Assembly (NCBI GenBank): GCA_002497025.1
Contig: DAMG01000019.1
Span: 1 to 35,517 of the forward strand
Reading direction: 5' to 3'
Length of the DNA stretch: 35,517 bases
Source of the DNA: Euryarchaeota archaeon UBA126
GTDB lineage: Archaea; Thermoplasmatota; Poseidoniia; Poseidoniales; Thalassarchaeaceae
Below, piece after piece: positions 1 through 9,988 of the stretch. Below the pieces are notes generated by a model, which saw nothing but the letters and a program-made list of their open reading frames with translations, searched no databases and was not told the origin of the DNA. The translations under genes were made by a program, and so were the position numbers. Numbering within the stretch: the stretch's first letter is position 1; every line of letters begins with the position of its first letter.

Positions 1-67
1 CGGGGATGCTGGATGCCTTGGGATTGCGGGGTGGAGGAGATCGTGGATTATTCATTGTTGGTGACAT
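1..67 (-). CDS. Possible 5' fragment of a gene running off the window (MSPTMNNPRSPPPRNPKASSIP...)
   Basis: ATG at 67 on the minus strand preceded by GGTGG; frame is open to the window edge and co-oriented with the upstream DUF1028 gene. Too short to assign a function. Confidence 0.35.
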   Translation of the reverse strand, partial: MSPTMNNPRSPPPRNPKASSIP

Positions 68-100
68 TCGTCCACCGAGGACGTGCCCACTATGGGTGTT

Positions 101-964
101 CTATTGTTCAGTGTTGAGCAATTGTTGTACAAGTTCTTCTGTTATACCAAAGAAATTGTTTTCTGAACAACGAATCAGTAATTCCCTCCAACCTGAATGA
201 TTCTTTAGTGCAATACCTGTTAATTCCTTTCCATTTTCTAAATCCCCTCTATTAGCTAGGTTAATACCGGTCCAAAAAGCGATTTCAGGATATTCATTTG
301 CTTGTGATTTATCTAATTCCAATTCATATCCGTTTTTTGTAAAGTCAGTATAAATTGAATTTACTTTTAGTAATCTTTCAATTTCCTTTAGAGGTTCAGA
401 GTGGTCATCGACATTAACGTCAACAAGTATTCCTTCCCACTCTTTATCCATGATTTTGGAATCTACAACGAGAATACGTCCAGATTGCATACCCCGTATG
501 TCACCACCAGCATCTTGTCCTGCAAATAACGCTGTAAGCAGTCTATCTGCTAAATCTCCCTTGGAGTTTTCAAACGCATCAGCCATTTCTTGAGGCACAG
601 TATCGTTCCACATAAGGTTCGCTTGACAAGAGAAACCTTCGCCCACAACATGGCCCGCAGCTGGTATAGTAACTGAGCCTGTGTGTGCAGCCACTCTTCC
701 CTTAGAGTCTAACATAGCAACTTGACGAATCTCTGAATCTGGATCTAACGTCAATCGTTCCGAAAGCGCCTCGGATGCTGATTTTCCTTCTGCCATTAAT
801 TTCAGGCCTAATGGTCCATGATCAATTAATGCCATTGCTTGGGTTACTACCACACCTACTCCTGCATTAGCCCAGCATGCATTACCAGCCGCGTAGAAAT
901 GGGATTGTATACCAACACCATATTGACCGGTCTCAGAGCATTTTGCAATTATTGAATAGGTCAT
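101..964 (-). CDS. DUF1028 family protein (Ntn-hydrolase-like)
   Basis: N-terminus MTYSIIA (Thr2 is the putative nucleophile), GVGVVVTQA, RQVAMLD..G..AAHTG, AGGDIRGMQS and VDDHSEPL motifs. Confidence 0.85.
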   Translation of the reverse strand: MTYSIIAKCSETGQYGVGIQSHFYAAGNACWANAGVGVVVTQAMALIDHGPLGLKLMAEGKSASEALSERLTLDPDSEIRQVAMLDSKGRVAAHTGSVTIPAAGHVVGEGFSCQANLMWNDTVPQEMADAFENSKGDLADRLLTALFAGQDAGGDIRGMQSGRILVVDSKIMDKEWEGILVDVNVDDHSEPLKEIERLLKVNSIYTDFTKNGYELELDKSQANEYPEIAFWTGINLANRGDLENGKELTGIALKNHSGWRELLIRCSENNFFGITEELVQQLLNTEQ

Positions 965-974
965 CTACTTCCCT

Positions 975-1448
975 CTACAAAGAATTAGAATCTAATCCGC
1001 CCATTTGACAGACAATGGCAAAATGCTCCGCAGAAACTGGTTGAACGGAAAGGCGTTGCCCACGTTGTAACAAAGGCATACCCTCTAGACTTGGATTGGC
1101 CCTGAGTTCCGGAAGCCCTACTGCATCTATCTCCCTTATCGCTTCAATATCGACCATTATCCATCTAGGGTTTTCTGGCGTGGCTTTTTCATCAAAATAC
1201 TTGGATTTCGGGTCTTGTGCTGTAAAATCCGGATACCCTTCTTTACACACCTTTGCTACACCTGCAACATGTGGTGGCTTGCAATTTGAATGATAGAACA
1301 AAACCCAATCTCCGTTTTTCATATCATCTCTCATGATATTTCGAGCCTGATAATTTCTAACTCCATCCCAATGAGTTGTCTTATCTTCAACCAATTGTGA
1401 CCACGGGTAGACATCAAGTTCACTTTTCATTAACCAATAATTCACCAT
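975..1448 (-). CDS. EVE domain protein (PUA-like, THYN1 type)
   Basis: YWLMKSE, WDGVRNYQARN, FYHSNC, YPDFTAQD, NPRW and RLSVQPV signatures. Confidence 0.95.
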   Translation of the reverse strand: MVNYWLMKSELDVYPWSQLVEDKTTHWDGVRNYQARNIMRDDMKNGDWVLFYHSNCKPPHVAGVAKVCKEGYPDFTAQDPKSKYFDEKATPENPRWIMVDIEAIREIDAVGLPELRANPSLEGMPLLQRGQRLSVQPVSAEHFAIVCQMGGLDSNSL

Positions 1449-1452
1449 AAAA

Positions 1453-4400
1453 TCACCATGCGTCTTGGCTATCCATTACTAGGGTAGCGTCCATTATATC
1501 CCCTTGTTCCCTTGTCAGAGTTCTTCTAAGACCTGCTGCCTTCGCCATCGTGCCTGATCCTCCTGTTAAGGAGATATTTGCTTTCACCAGAAGGGAATAA
1601 ATCGCTGGTAAGAGAATTAGCGCTGAAATTGCGGCTAGAATTAGCAAAATTATGATCACATCAATGAATGGCGCAATAGCTGGAATTGGGATATAATAAG
1701 CACAAAACATTCCTGCAATTGTTACCGTCACCGCTTCAGTAAGACTCATTCCTGTACTCGCACATGCAATACGAATTGCGTCTATGGAACCCCCTAATTC
1801 TTTTACACGATTAGCAATATGTATGGAGAAATCCACTCCAACACCAACAAGAATAGAACCAATCATAACAGTAACTAGGGATAAACTGACACTACCTTGG
1901 TCCATTACTAGCCATTGCATGAATACTGTAAATGCCACTGGAATAGTAGTTAGAATCGCATATCGTATATCTCTGAATACCAATCCAAGTGTGAAAACAG
2001 TAAACAGCAGGGCGAAAAGTAATGACGTCCATTGAGAACCTACTACCAAGTTGTTAACTTCTATAGTGACTGATGCTACACCAATCAGTTTGGAAGAAGT
2101 TACACCAACTCCGCCTGTGTCTTGTTGAGCATAATTATCTATTTGCGAGACTGCATTTTCGGTGCTCTTAACATCCATAAACGGCATATCAATGTAAATC
2201 AGACTCTGTTTGTAATCTTCAGAAATGAATAAGTTTCTCATTTCTAATGTAAGACTATTGTAGAATACATTGATGAGAAAGTTTTGTGATTCCGTTCCTC
2301 CCGATGGTTGCTGATCTAAAGCAGCTAGACTCCACCAAAATGAACCATTGCCTGAAACTTCGCGGTCGAATATAATGGCGGATAATTCTTTGATTTGATC
2401 GGGTACAAACTCGTTATCTTGTATTGGTTCATTAATGGGGTCTCCATCTAAATCGACACCAACAGCTATCGCCTTCATTAGGAAAACGATAGATACTGCT
2501 GTGGTTTGATTTACTTGATTGCATTTGCCTTCCAGTTCCTCTATTCCAACTAATTTTGAATAAGGGTCATTGCCGTCAAAGTTGGTATTGAATATTTCAG
2601 GTGAGGCTGATACATCTGCATCAATCAATAAAAATCCGGGCTGACCAGCCTCAAATTCAGTAGAATATGTTTTCATTTTATCAACAGCACCAACTCCTTC
2701 AGGAGCCATCTCGAGTAAATCGACGTTTTCTTCAACATTAGGTCTACTGTATCCTGCAGAGATTAACATAGCAACTAGGAATAAGCTTAGGGTTAGTTTA
2801 GTCCAGTTAATAGGGACGCTAACGGCAGCAACGAAGGCTTTGGGAGGAGGGTGTGAGGGTTTCTTAAGATCTAACATCATAGTCAAGTTGGGCACCATCA
2901 CCATTGTCATTACATAAACAACAACAATCCCCATGGCCAACGAATAACCAACAGTTTGTATGGGTTTCATAGGGGTTAGTGCTAATGATATGAATCCAAT
3001 AATTGTCGTTATTGCAGAAAGTAAAACTGCTCTTCCTGTCGAATCCAATGCTTCAGCCATCTTCTCTCTTGGCGTACCTTTGCATTCTGCGTAGCGATTG
3101 GTTATGTGAAGACCATACGAAACTCCCAATGCTAGTACAATCGGCCCTACGATAATCACAGTCATTGTTACTTCGTAATTTGTCCACCCGATAATCCCCA
3201 TAGTGATGAAAACTGAACAAAGTGTTGGGAGGCCAGAAATAGCTAACACCTTAATTCCTTGAACAAATCTTATTCTTCCTGTTTGCAATAAATCACAGTG
3301 GAATAGGAACAAACCGACAGCCACGAAGACTACTCCTATGGGAAAAACATCCCAGAATAAGTTGAATGATTCCTCTGTAACTGCATTTGTGATTGGAACA
3401 GGTCCTGTAAGAGTCATGGACAATCCTCTTTGGTCCCAATCATTTGCTTCGCTGAGCCCGATAATTTCCATTTGGGTTCCCTCTATGAATTCCGAAATCG
3501 TAATTTCCTCGCCGTTACCATCCCTTAGTTGGTCGGATATACCGATAATTACAACCGCTCGATTCCAACCAAATCCAGACTTATTCCCAATTTGTACTTC
3601 ATTTTCCCACGTTCCTACATCTCTGACTAACTTATTGAGTGCATTGGGAGGCATCTCATCTAGGATTTGATTAACCCTGGCTTGATCATCAGGTATTGCG
3701 TAATTTCCGAATAGAGCCTCATTATCTTCGATTGTTTGATTAACAAAATCGGAAAACTCTTGATTATCCACGGCTTGTGATGCTGCTGAGGCAAAAGATT
3801 TCGCAACCCTACCAGCCGAAGAATTTACTTCTTTGATAACTGAGGATATTGAAAGAACATAGATGACATTGTCTTCTCCCTTATCGTTTTGATTTGGATT
3901 AAGTAGATTCTCTAACTTCTCGATTTGTTCTAATGTTGAAACTTCTGTAATATTTCTTCCAGAACCATCTACGGCTTGCCTATTTCCATCTTCATCTTCA
4001 ACATAAACGATTTCTGACTCGACGTAAATAACCATGACGTTGGTTGTCCACCCCTCAACAGCCTCTACCTCTGCCAGTAAGGCTGAAACCTCAGATCCTT
4101 GGGGGAGATATACTTCCAAATCACCATTAACATTCATTGAAGATTTCCCTTCAATTGGACAAAAGCCCTCGGGATTTGACAATGACTTTCTACAATCTAC
4201 TAGCCCCGACTCCCAAGAGAAGAAAGCTGTGACTACAAGGCATAGAATTACAGTGATAACAGGGAATTTTGTCAATATGCTTGTAAAATCTAGGTCGGAT
4301 GACATTCTACGAAATTGATTTTTTGAACGCCTTCCGTAACTCTCCACTATATTTTTGTCGACGTCTATTTTGGTGAGGATTTCCCTCCCTTTATCAGTCG

Positions 4401-4485
4401 CTTGTTTCGCAAATCGAGAGGCAATGTTACCTTTCTTATCGTCGTCAGACAAGTTCCACCAACTCCTTGCTAGGCTAGCCCTCAT
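1453..4485 (-). CDS. RND superfamily / MMPL-family membrane transporter
   Basis: 1010 aa with two repeats of one TM helix, a large extracytoplasmic loop and five TM helices; GVSYGLHI and GVGVDFSIH motifs; STGRAVLLSAITTIIGF. Confidence 0.88.
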   Translation of the reverse strand: MRASLARSWWNLSDDDKKGNIASRFAKQATDKGREILTKIDVDKNIVESYGRRSKNQFRRMSSDLDFTSILTKFPVITVILCLVVTAFFSWESGLVDCRKSLSNPEGFCPIEGKSSMNVNGDLEVYLPQGSEVSALLAEVEAVEGWTTNVMVIYVESEIVYVEDEDGNRQAVDGSGRNITEVSTLEQIEKLENLLNPNQNDKGEDNVIYVLSISSVIKEVNSSAGRVAKSFASAASQAVDNQEFSDFVNQTIEDNEALFGNYAIPDDQARVNQILDEMPPNALNKLVRDVGTWENEVQIGNKSGFGWNRAVVIIGISDQLRDGNGEEITISEFIEGTQMEIIGLSEANDWDQRGLSMTLTGPVPITNAVTEESFNLFWDVFPIGVVFVAVGLFLFHCDLLQTGRIRFVQGIKVLAISGLPTLCSVFITMGIIGWTNYEVTMTVIIVGPIVLALGVSYGLHITNRYAECKGTPREKMAEALDSTGRAVLLSAITTIIGFISLALTPMKPIQTVGYSLAMGIVVVYVMTMVMVPNLTMMLDLKKPSHPPPKAFVAAVSVPINWTKLTLSLFLVAMLISAGYSRPNVEENVDLLEMAPEGVGAVDKMKTYSTEFEAGQPGFLLIDADVSASPEIFNTNFDGNDPYSKLVGIEELEGKCNQVNQTTAVSIVFLMKAIAVGVDLDGDPINEPIQDNEFVPDQIKELSAIIFDREVSGNGSFWWSLAALDQQPSGGTESQNFLINVFYNSLTLEMRNLFISEDYKQSLIYIDMPFMDVKSTENAVSQIDNYAQQDTGGVGVTSSKLIGVASVTIEVNNLVVGSQWTSLLFALLFTVFTLGLVFRDIRYAILTTIPVAFTVFMQWLVMDQGSVSLSLVTVMIGSILVGVGVDFSIHIANRVKELGGSIDAIRIACASTGMSLTEAVTVTIAGMFCAYYIPIPAIAPFIDVIIILLILAAISALILLPAIYSLLVKANISLTGGSGTMAKAAGLRRTLTREQGDIMDATLVMDSQDAW

Positions 4486-4614
4486 CAGCGAAGGTGCTTG
4501 AACCCGACGGCTAGTGGTGGATTGGGATATAACATTCTAGATGTTGGTGAATGATTGGGAACCGTCAAGAATGAGAGGTCATAGGGTTGGATGCAATTTG
4601 CGGTGGATGTGTCT

Positions 4615-7092
4615 ATGGGGACTCCCTTAATTGAAGATAAGAGATGGTCTATTGACCTCGAGAAGAGAATTCAAGAGGAACACTATTCAGACTCCAAATT
4701 GTATAACGACAGGTATGCATTCAACCCTAAATCTGGTAAGGAAATCTTCGTAGTTGATACTCCACCTCCATACCCCAGTGGGACATGGCATATCGGGGCT
4801 GTAGCTCAATATTCGATGATTGATGTTATTGCCCGAAGTCAAAGATTATTAGGAAAAGAGGTATTTTTCCCTTGGGGTGTAGATCGCAATGGTATCAACA
4901 TCGAATTTACGGTTGAAAAAAATACTGGTAGAAAAATGAAAACATTTGACCGAACAGAATTTTTGGATTTATGTCGTGATACCATAGAAGAGTATACCCA
5001 AGCTATGAGAGAGACGGCAGCAAGAGTAGGGCTTTCTTGTGATTTTGATAAAGAATACCTTACGGATTCTGATGAATACAGAGGAGTATCTCAATCAATA
5101 TTTGTTGATCTGTTTAAGCGAGGTGACATTGTAGAAGATCTCCGACCTAACATCTACGATCCTGTGGAAGGCACTACGATTGCAGATGCTGAAGTTGAAA
5201 GATTACAGAGGAAAACTAAGTTAATCGATATCAGATGGACAACCGAGGATGGCCTCGATGTAATCATTTCAACAACTCGGCCAGAATTGATATGTGCATG
5301 TGGCATAGTAGTAGTTCATCCGGATGATGAAAGGTATCAGCATTTAGTCGGGAAACAGATTGTACTTCCTGTAGAAACTAATGGCCGTTCAAAATCCGTA
5401 GAAATTACAACCCATCCATCGGTTAAGTCTGACTTTGGTTCTGGAGTGTTGATGGTATGTTCCTTTGGTGATCAAAACGACGTAGCAGTGTTCAGAGAAC
5501 TTGGATTAAGCCCCTTCCAAGCCATTGATTTGGATGGGAACATGACAGATATATCGGGACCTTACGCCGGAATGAAAGTAATAGAGGCTAGGGAGAAAGC
5601 AATTGAAGACCTTAACTCGGCAGATAGAATCGTCAACATTATCGAAAAAGAACAAGATATCCCAGTTAGTGAAAGAGGGAAAAACCCAGTAGAAATTATT
5701 CTACTCAAGGAATGGTATGTTAGACAAACTCACATTCAAGATCGTATGCGCGAATTAATCGAGGATATGGAATTTCATCCAGTTAGGAATAAACAATTTT
5801 TACTCGATTGGATGGACAATATTAGCATTGATTGGCCAATAAGTCGTAGAAGGTGGTATCACACAGAAGTTCCGATTTGGTATTCTGAAGACGGGACTAA
5901 AATCATAACTCCACCACCCGGTGTTTACGTTCAACCTTGGAGGGAAGACCCCCCTGCTGGAAGTCGTGTTTTACAGAGAGATACGAGAGAAGAAGTAGGG
6001 AGTTGGGAAGATCTTTCCTCTTCTCTAGGAACGGTTATTGGAGAAGAGAAAGTTTTCGATACCTGGATGGATTCTTCTAATTCTAATCTGTATGTATCGG
6101 GTTACCTCTCAGACCCTGATTTATTTGCCAAGGCATTTCCAACTGGGATAAGGCCTCAGGGTAAGGAAATAGTGCGAACATGGCTATATTACACTCTATT
6201 GAAGAGCGCATTATTGTTGGATTCCCCAGGATTCAAACACATTTGGATTGATGGTTTGGGGATGGATCCTTGGGGGAGAAAGATGTCGAAATCCCTTGGG
6301 AATGGAATAGACGCTAACTCCGTACTAGAATGCGGGGCAGGTGGAAGAACGGGATCTTGGAAAATCCGCGGACCAGACAAAGTAGTAAATCTCAGAGCCA
6401 ATAAAATAGGTTCAGAGTGTTTCCGGCTTTGGAAAGCCTGTGATGCCCAGGTGGGTGATGATTTCCAAATTAACCCCGAGGATATTGAACAGAAATATTT
6501 CGGTGTATTGACAAAATTGTTCAACGTTGCACGATTTGCGAGCCAATTTCCAGTACCATCAAATCTTGAGAATTTAACCGATAATTTGCAACCAGAGGAC
6601 GAGTGGATTCTTTCCGAATTCCAATTGGTAATGTCGCGTGTCGAACAAGGATGGAAAGAAATTGATATCTATACTGCGGCTCAATCATTGAAAAATTTCG
6701 CAACTGGGGTATTGCCCAGTCATTGGTTGGAGATGGTAAAGTCTAGGCTATATGATGGAGATGAGGCAGCTGCTTGGACTTTACATAGAATCGTCAGAGA
6801 CTTGCTGGATGCCTTTGCACCAATATGCCCATTCTTCAGTCATTATCTGTCTTCAACTTTGTACAATCGTTCAGCCGTTGAAGCCGATACATTTCCTCAA
6901 TTAACCTTAAACTTCGAAACAGAGAAGTGGACTGAATTAACTGAATCTGTAATGTTCTTTAATTCTGAGGTTTGGAAAATGAAGAAGGACCAAGGGCTTT
7001 CATTGAATAGTGAAATCGTTGGATTGTCAATTCCAAGTAATTTGGATAGTTTACAAATATCGTTGACCAGAATGCACAAGCTAATCGACTAA
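4615..7092 (+). CDS. valS: Valyl-tRNA synthetase (archaeal type); start at 4615 or 4591
   Basis: DTPPPYPSG, HIGH-like HIGA, editing motif STTRPE, DWPISR, FDTWMDSS, RPQGKEI and KMSKS; no bacterial C-terminal coiled coil. Confidence 0.95.
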   Translation: MGTPLIEDKRWSIDLEKRIQEEHYSDSKLYNDRYAFNPKSGKEIFVVDTPPPYPSGTWHIGAVAQYSMIDVIARSQRLLGKEVFFPWGVDRNGINIEFTVEKNTGRKMKTFDRTEFLDLCRDTIEEYTQAMRETAARVGLSCDFDKEYLTDSDEYRGVSQSIFVDLFKRGDIVEDLRPNIYDPVEGTTIADAEVERLQRKTKLIDIRWTTEDGLDVIISTTRPELICACGIVVVHPDDERYQHLVGKQIVLPVETNGRSKSVEITTHPSVKSDFGSGVLMVCSFGDQNDVAVFRELGLSPFQAIDLDGNMTDISGPYAGMKVIEAREKAIEDLNSADRIVNIIEKEQDIPVSERGKNPVEIILLKEWYVRQTHIQDRMRELIEDMEFHPVRNKQFLLDWMDNISIDWPISRRRWYHTEVPIWYSEDGTKIITPPPGVYVQPWREDPPAGSRVLQRDTREEVGSWEDLSSSLGTVIGEEKVFDTWMDSSNSNLYVSGYLSDPDLFAKAFPTGIRPQGKEIVRTWLYYTLLKSALLLDSPGFKHIWIDGLGMDPWGRKMSKSLGNGIDANSVLECGAGGRTGSWKIRGPDKVVNLRANKIGSECFRLWKACDAQVGDDFQINPEDIEQKYFGVLTKLFNVARFASQFPVPSNLENLTDNLQPEDEWILSEFQLVMSRVEQGWKEIDIYTAAQSLKNFATGVLPSHWLEMVKSRLYDGDEAAAWTLHRIVRDLLDAFAPICPFFSHYLSSTLYNRSAVEADTFPQLTLNFETEKWTELTESVMFFNSEVWKMKKDQGLSLNSEIVGLSIPSNLDSLQISLTRMHKLID

Positions 7093-7853
7093 ATTACAAA
7101 AGGTATCAGGGCTTTCCTATTCTTGGGGTAATCGGCAAATTCTTCCTTATACCAACGATGATGAGCGAATGCCCTAGGCGCTAGATTACAAAATGTCCAG
7201 ACTGCAAATGTCAAACCAGCCAAGGACCAAGTCGCAATCGCAAATCCAATCCATTCAATAATTTCCCCTAGATAATTTGGGGAGCTGACCCTCTCGAACA
7301 ATCCTCCTCTAGGTATTTTATACCCTGTACTGCCATCGTCTCGTAATGAAAAAAGGATGTTATCAGATTTGATATTGATAATCATCCCGAGAAAGAATAA
7401 ACTAATTCCGAGAAGAAATCTAGGGTCCGTAAACCAAGATAACTCGTATCCATTACTTAGATCGAATAACCAAATCCCGTTAAGCCAGCAATTTATTGTG
7501 TTGAAGATTATCGCAAAAATAACTACACTAAGTGGTATGAGCTTTTGATCTAACTTGGCTCTATTCGGCCAAGCCCAAGCTCTGTTGACATAATGTGTCG
7601 TCCAAATTGCCCAAAAAAATAGTACGACAAAATCCTTGTTATTTCCAATTATTAGAATAAGTGTCAAAAATAATATGGGAATGGTTTCCATTATTATCCA
7701 GCCCATTCTAGCGGAAATCTCGACCCCCCATCCAACAGTTCTATGTCTGCCATAAGGCGCCTTAACAAAAATCAAGGTGATGAACACGATTAGTGCTAAA
7801 ATTAGCCATGTGTAACAAGCGATTTTGTATTCATCGTGGGTTAAGAAAATCAT
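7089..7853 (-). CDS. 3-oxo-5-alpha-steroid 4-dehydrogenase (steroid 5-alpha-reductase family)
   Basis: APYGRH, GW..ME, HYVNR, GYKIPRGGLF..VSSPNYLGEIIEW, NLAPRA..HH.WY and RKALIPF motifs of the SRD5A1/2 type. Confidence 0.93.
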   Translation of the reverse strand: MIFLTHDEYKIACYTWLILALIVFITLIFVKAPYGRHRTVGWGVEISARMGWIIMETIPILFLTLILIIGNNKDFVVLFFWAIWTTHYVNRAWAWPNRAKLDQKLIPLSVVIFAIIFNTINCWLNGIWLFDLSNGYELSWFTDPRFLLGISLFFLGMIINIKSDNILFSLRDDGSTGYKIPRGGLFERVSSPNYLGEIIEWIGFAIATWSLAGLTFAVWTFCNLAPRAFAHHRWYKEEFADYPKNRKALIPFVI

Positions 7854-8839
7854 TTATCCACTACCTTATTTTTATCGATCAACCAAGAAACAGTATCGGA
7901 TATAGTATCCTCTATCAGTCGTGGATTATGCCCTAATTGATCTCGTGCTAAATCACCAGGGATATCTCTACATTGTATTGCTAATGCTTGCAAACTTCCT
8001 TTGCTAAAACTAGGCCTTTTTCCTGTGATTTTTGAACTAATTGATGCAAATGGTAATGCAAGGTAACCCATCCAAAACGGAACTGTAAGTAAGTGAGTTC
8101 GTCTGCCGGTAATTCGCTTTACCAATGATGATAAATGCGGCATCGAAGCCCAATGCCCTGGTAAGATGTAATTTTGACCATCAATTCCTCTCTCTATGCA
8201 ATTTACGGCACTCTTAGCTACATCACGAACATCAACCCAATTGAAACCATTATTGATTGCGACGGGCATCTTTCTGTTGGCAATGTCTTGCAGTACCTTA
8301 CCCATTCTACTGGGTTTGAAATCATAAGGCCCAATTATCCCAGTGGGATGTACAACATTGACCGCTAACCCTTGTTCACGGGCGCCTAAGGCTATTTTTT
8401 GCGCCTCAGCCTTAGTCCTATCATATGGCAAGGCTTTCGGATCCGTCACTAGTGGTCTAGACTCAACTAAAGGTTCGGAAGTTGGATGTTGTTCGAATGC
8501 ATGGACGCTAGAAAAATATACTAATTTTTTAACCCCTGATTCAATTGCCGCTGTAGTGATAGACCTAGTCCCCTCAACATTGATTTTCCTCATCAAATCC
8601 TCTTGGATTTTCTCCACTGCTACGAAGGCTGCGGAATGAAATACCACATCCGAGTCTGCCATTAGTGTGGACATTTCTAGAGGATTTAACATATCTCCAT
8701 TTACACAATTGATATCTAGATTATCTAATGCTCTAGTATCTGAGCGAACTAAACAATCCACTTCGTATCCTCTCGAAAGTAATTCCCGAACTAAATTGCC
8801 ACCCACATGGCCACTGCCCCCAGTGACAAATGCTCTCAT
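7850..8839 (-). CDS. Extended SDR, NAD-dependent epimerase/dehydratase (HpnA/dihydroflavonol reductase/3-beta-HSD-like)
   Basis: TGGSGHVG Rossmann motif, VFHSAA, NVEGT, catalytic YDRTK (YxxxK), P..IIGPYD and WVDVRDVA; 4-nt ATGA overlap with the next gene. Confidence 0.88.
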   Translation of the reverse strand: MRAFVTGGSGHVGGNLVRELLSRGYEVDCLVRSDTRALDNLDINCVNGDMLNPLEMSTLMADSDVVFHSAAFVAVEKIQEDLMRKINVEGTRSITTAAIESGVKKLVYFSSVHAFEQHPTSEPLVESRPLVTDPKALPYDRTKAEAQKIALGAREQGLAVNVVHPTGIIGPYDFKPSRMGKVLQDIANRKMPVAINNGFNWVDVRDVAKSAVNCIERGIDGQNYILPGHWASMPHLSSLVKRITGRRTHLLTVPFWMGYLALPFASISSKITGKRPSFSKGSLQALAIQCRDIPGDLARDQLGHNPRLIEDTISDTVSWLIDKNKVVDK

Positions 8840-8877
8840 GTTATTGACTATCTTATTCTAGCGAAGAACCTACCGGC

Positions 8878-9843
8878 TTAATTCAAAGCGGAATGCGGCC
8901 TTTTACCGGCAAAGTGGTCTAGTATTAGTGTGACCATTTCATCACCAATTCTTGATTGTGCTTCGAGCGTTGCCGCTCCAATGTGTGGAGTTCCATGGAA
9001 ATTCGGATGCTGTATTAGTGGGTTGTCCAAGGCGGGCTCAACTTCGAAAACATCTAGAGCAGCACTCGTTAAATCTCCAGACTCTAAGTAATCGAGGACT
9101 GCGCCTTCATCCACGATTCCGCCTCGAGCACAATTTACAATATGGTTGCCACAATTAACACCATTTGGAGCCAATGTCGGCATCATGGCTATTCTTTCTC
9201 TATTTACTAGATGGTAAGTTTCTTCGCTAAGATTACAGTGAATTGAGATATGAGTGCACAGGCGGAAAATGGAATCTACATCATCGTGCATAGTACAGTC
9301 AAATTTACTTGCAATGTTTGAAGGAAGATAGGGGTCGTAGGCATGGCATTCCATCCCCATCGCTGTGGCCACGGTAGCCACTCCTTGGGCAATCCTACCA
9401 AAACCGACTAAGCCCAATCTCTTGCCACTAAGTTCCGTTCCTTTCAATTGTTTTTTTTCCCACAATCCTGCGCGAAGTCCACGATCACCTCTAGCTATAT
9501 GTCTGCATGATGACAATAAATGACCTATTGTAAGTTCGACGACACTGTTCGTAGATGATTGGGGTGTGTTGCATACAACAATCCCATGCGAAGATGCTGC
9601 TTGTAAATCGATATTGTCTACTCCTACTCCTGCTCTTCCTATGAAGGATAAATTATCTGATTTGGAAATTACCTCAGAAGTTAGTTTTGTAGCACTCCGG
9701 ACAACAACTGCGTCAAAGGCAGACAATGCTCCTGAGAGTAACTCATCTTTCGTGTAATGCCGCTCGATTACTTCATGCCCAGCGATGAGCAGCCTGTTAA
9801 CTGCGGCCGAATCCATACCATCTGTAACTGCTACCCTACCCAC
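8878..9843 (-). CDS. serA: D-3-phosphoglycerate dehydrogenase-like 2-hydroxyacid dehydrogenase without ACT domain; probable GTG start at 9843
   Basis: VRSATK, RAGVGVDNID, GFGRIA, NCARGGIVDE, DVFEVEP and TPHIGAAT.EAQ motifs. Confidence 0.8.
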   Translation of the reverse strand: MGRVAVTDGMDSAAVNRLLIAGHEVIERHYTKDELLSGALSAFDAVVVRSATKLTSEVISKSDNLSFIGRAGVGVDNIDLQAASSHGIVVCNTPQSSTNSVVELTIGHLLSSCRHIARGDRGLRAGLWEKKQLKGTELSGKRLGLVGFGRIAQGVATVATAMGMECHAYDPYLPSNIASKFDCTMHDDVDSIFRLCTHISIHCNLSEETYHLVNRERIAMMPTLAPNGVNCGNHIVNCARGGIVDEGAVLDYLESGDLTSAALDVFEVEPALDNPLIQHPNFHGTPHIGAATLEAQSRIGDEMVTLILDHFAGKRPHSALN

Positions 9844-9988
9844 GTTAAGATGCGTTGATGACAAAGTGATGAACATTTGTTATTGGAAGTGTCCCTAAAA
9901 ACCGGCTAAATACGGTTTCAATACATTTGCTACTTTATTTGAAAATAGAACCGCGCGTTTCTTGATGTAATTTCGCTCCGTCGATTAC

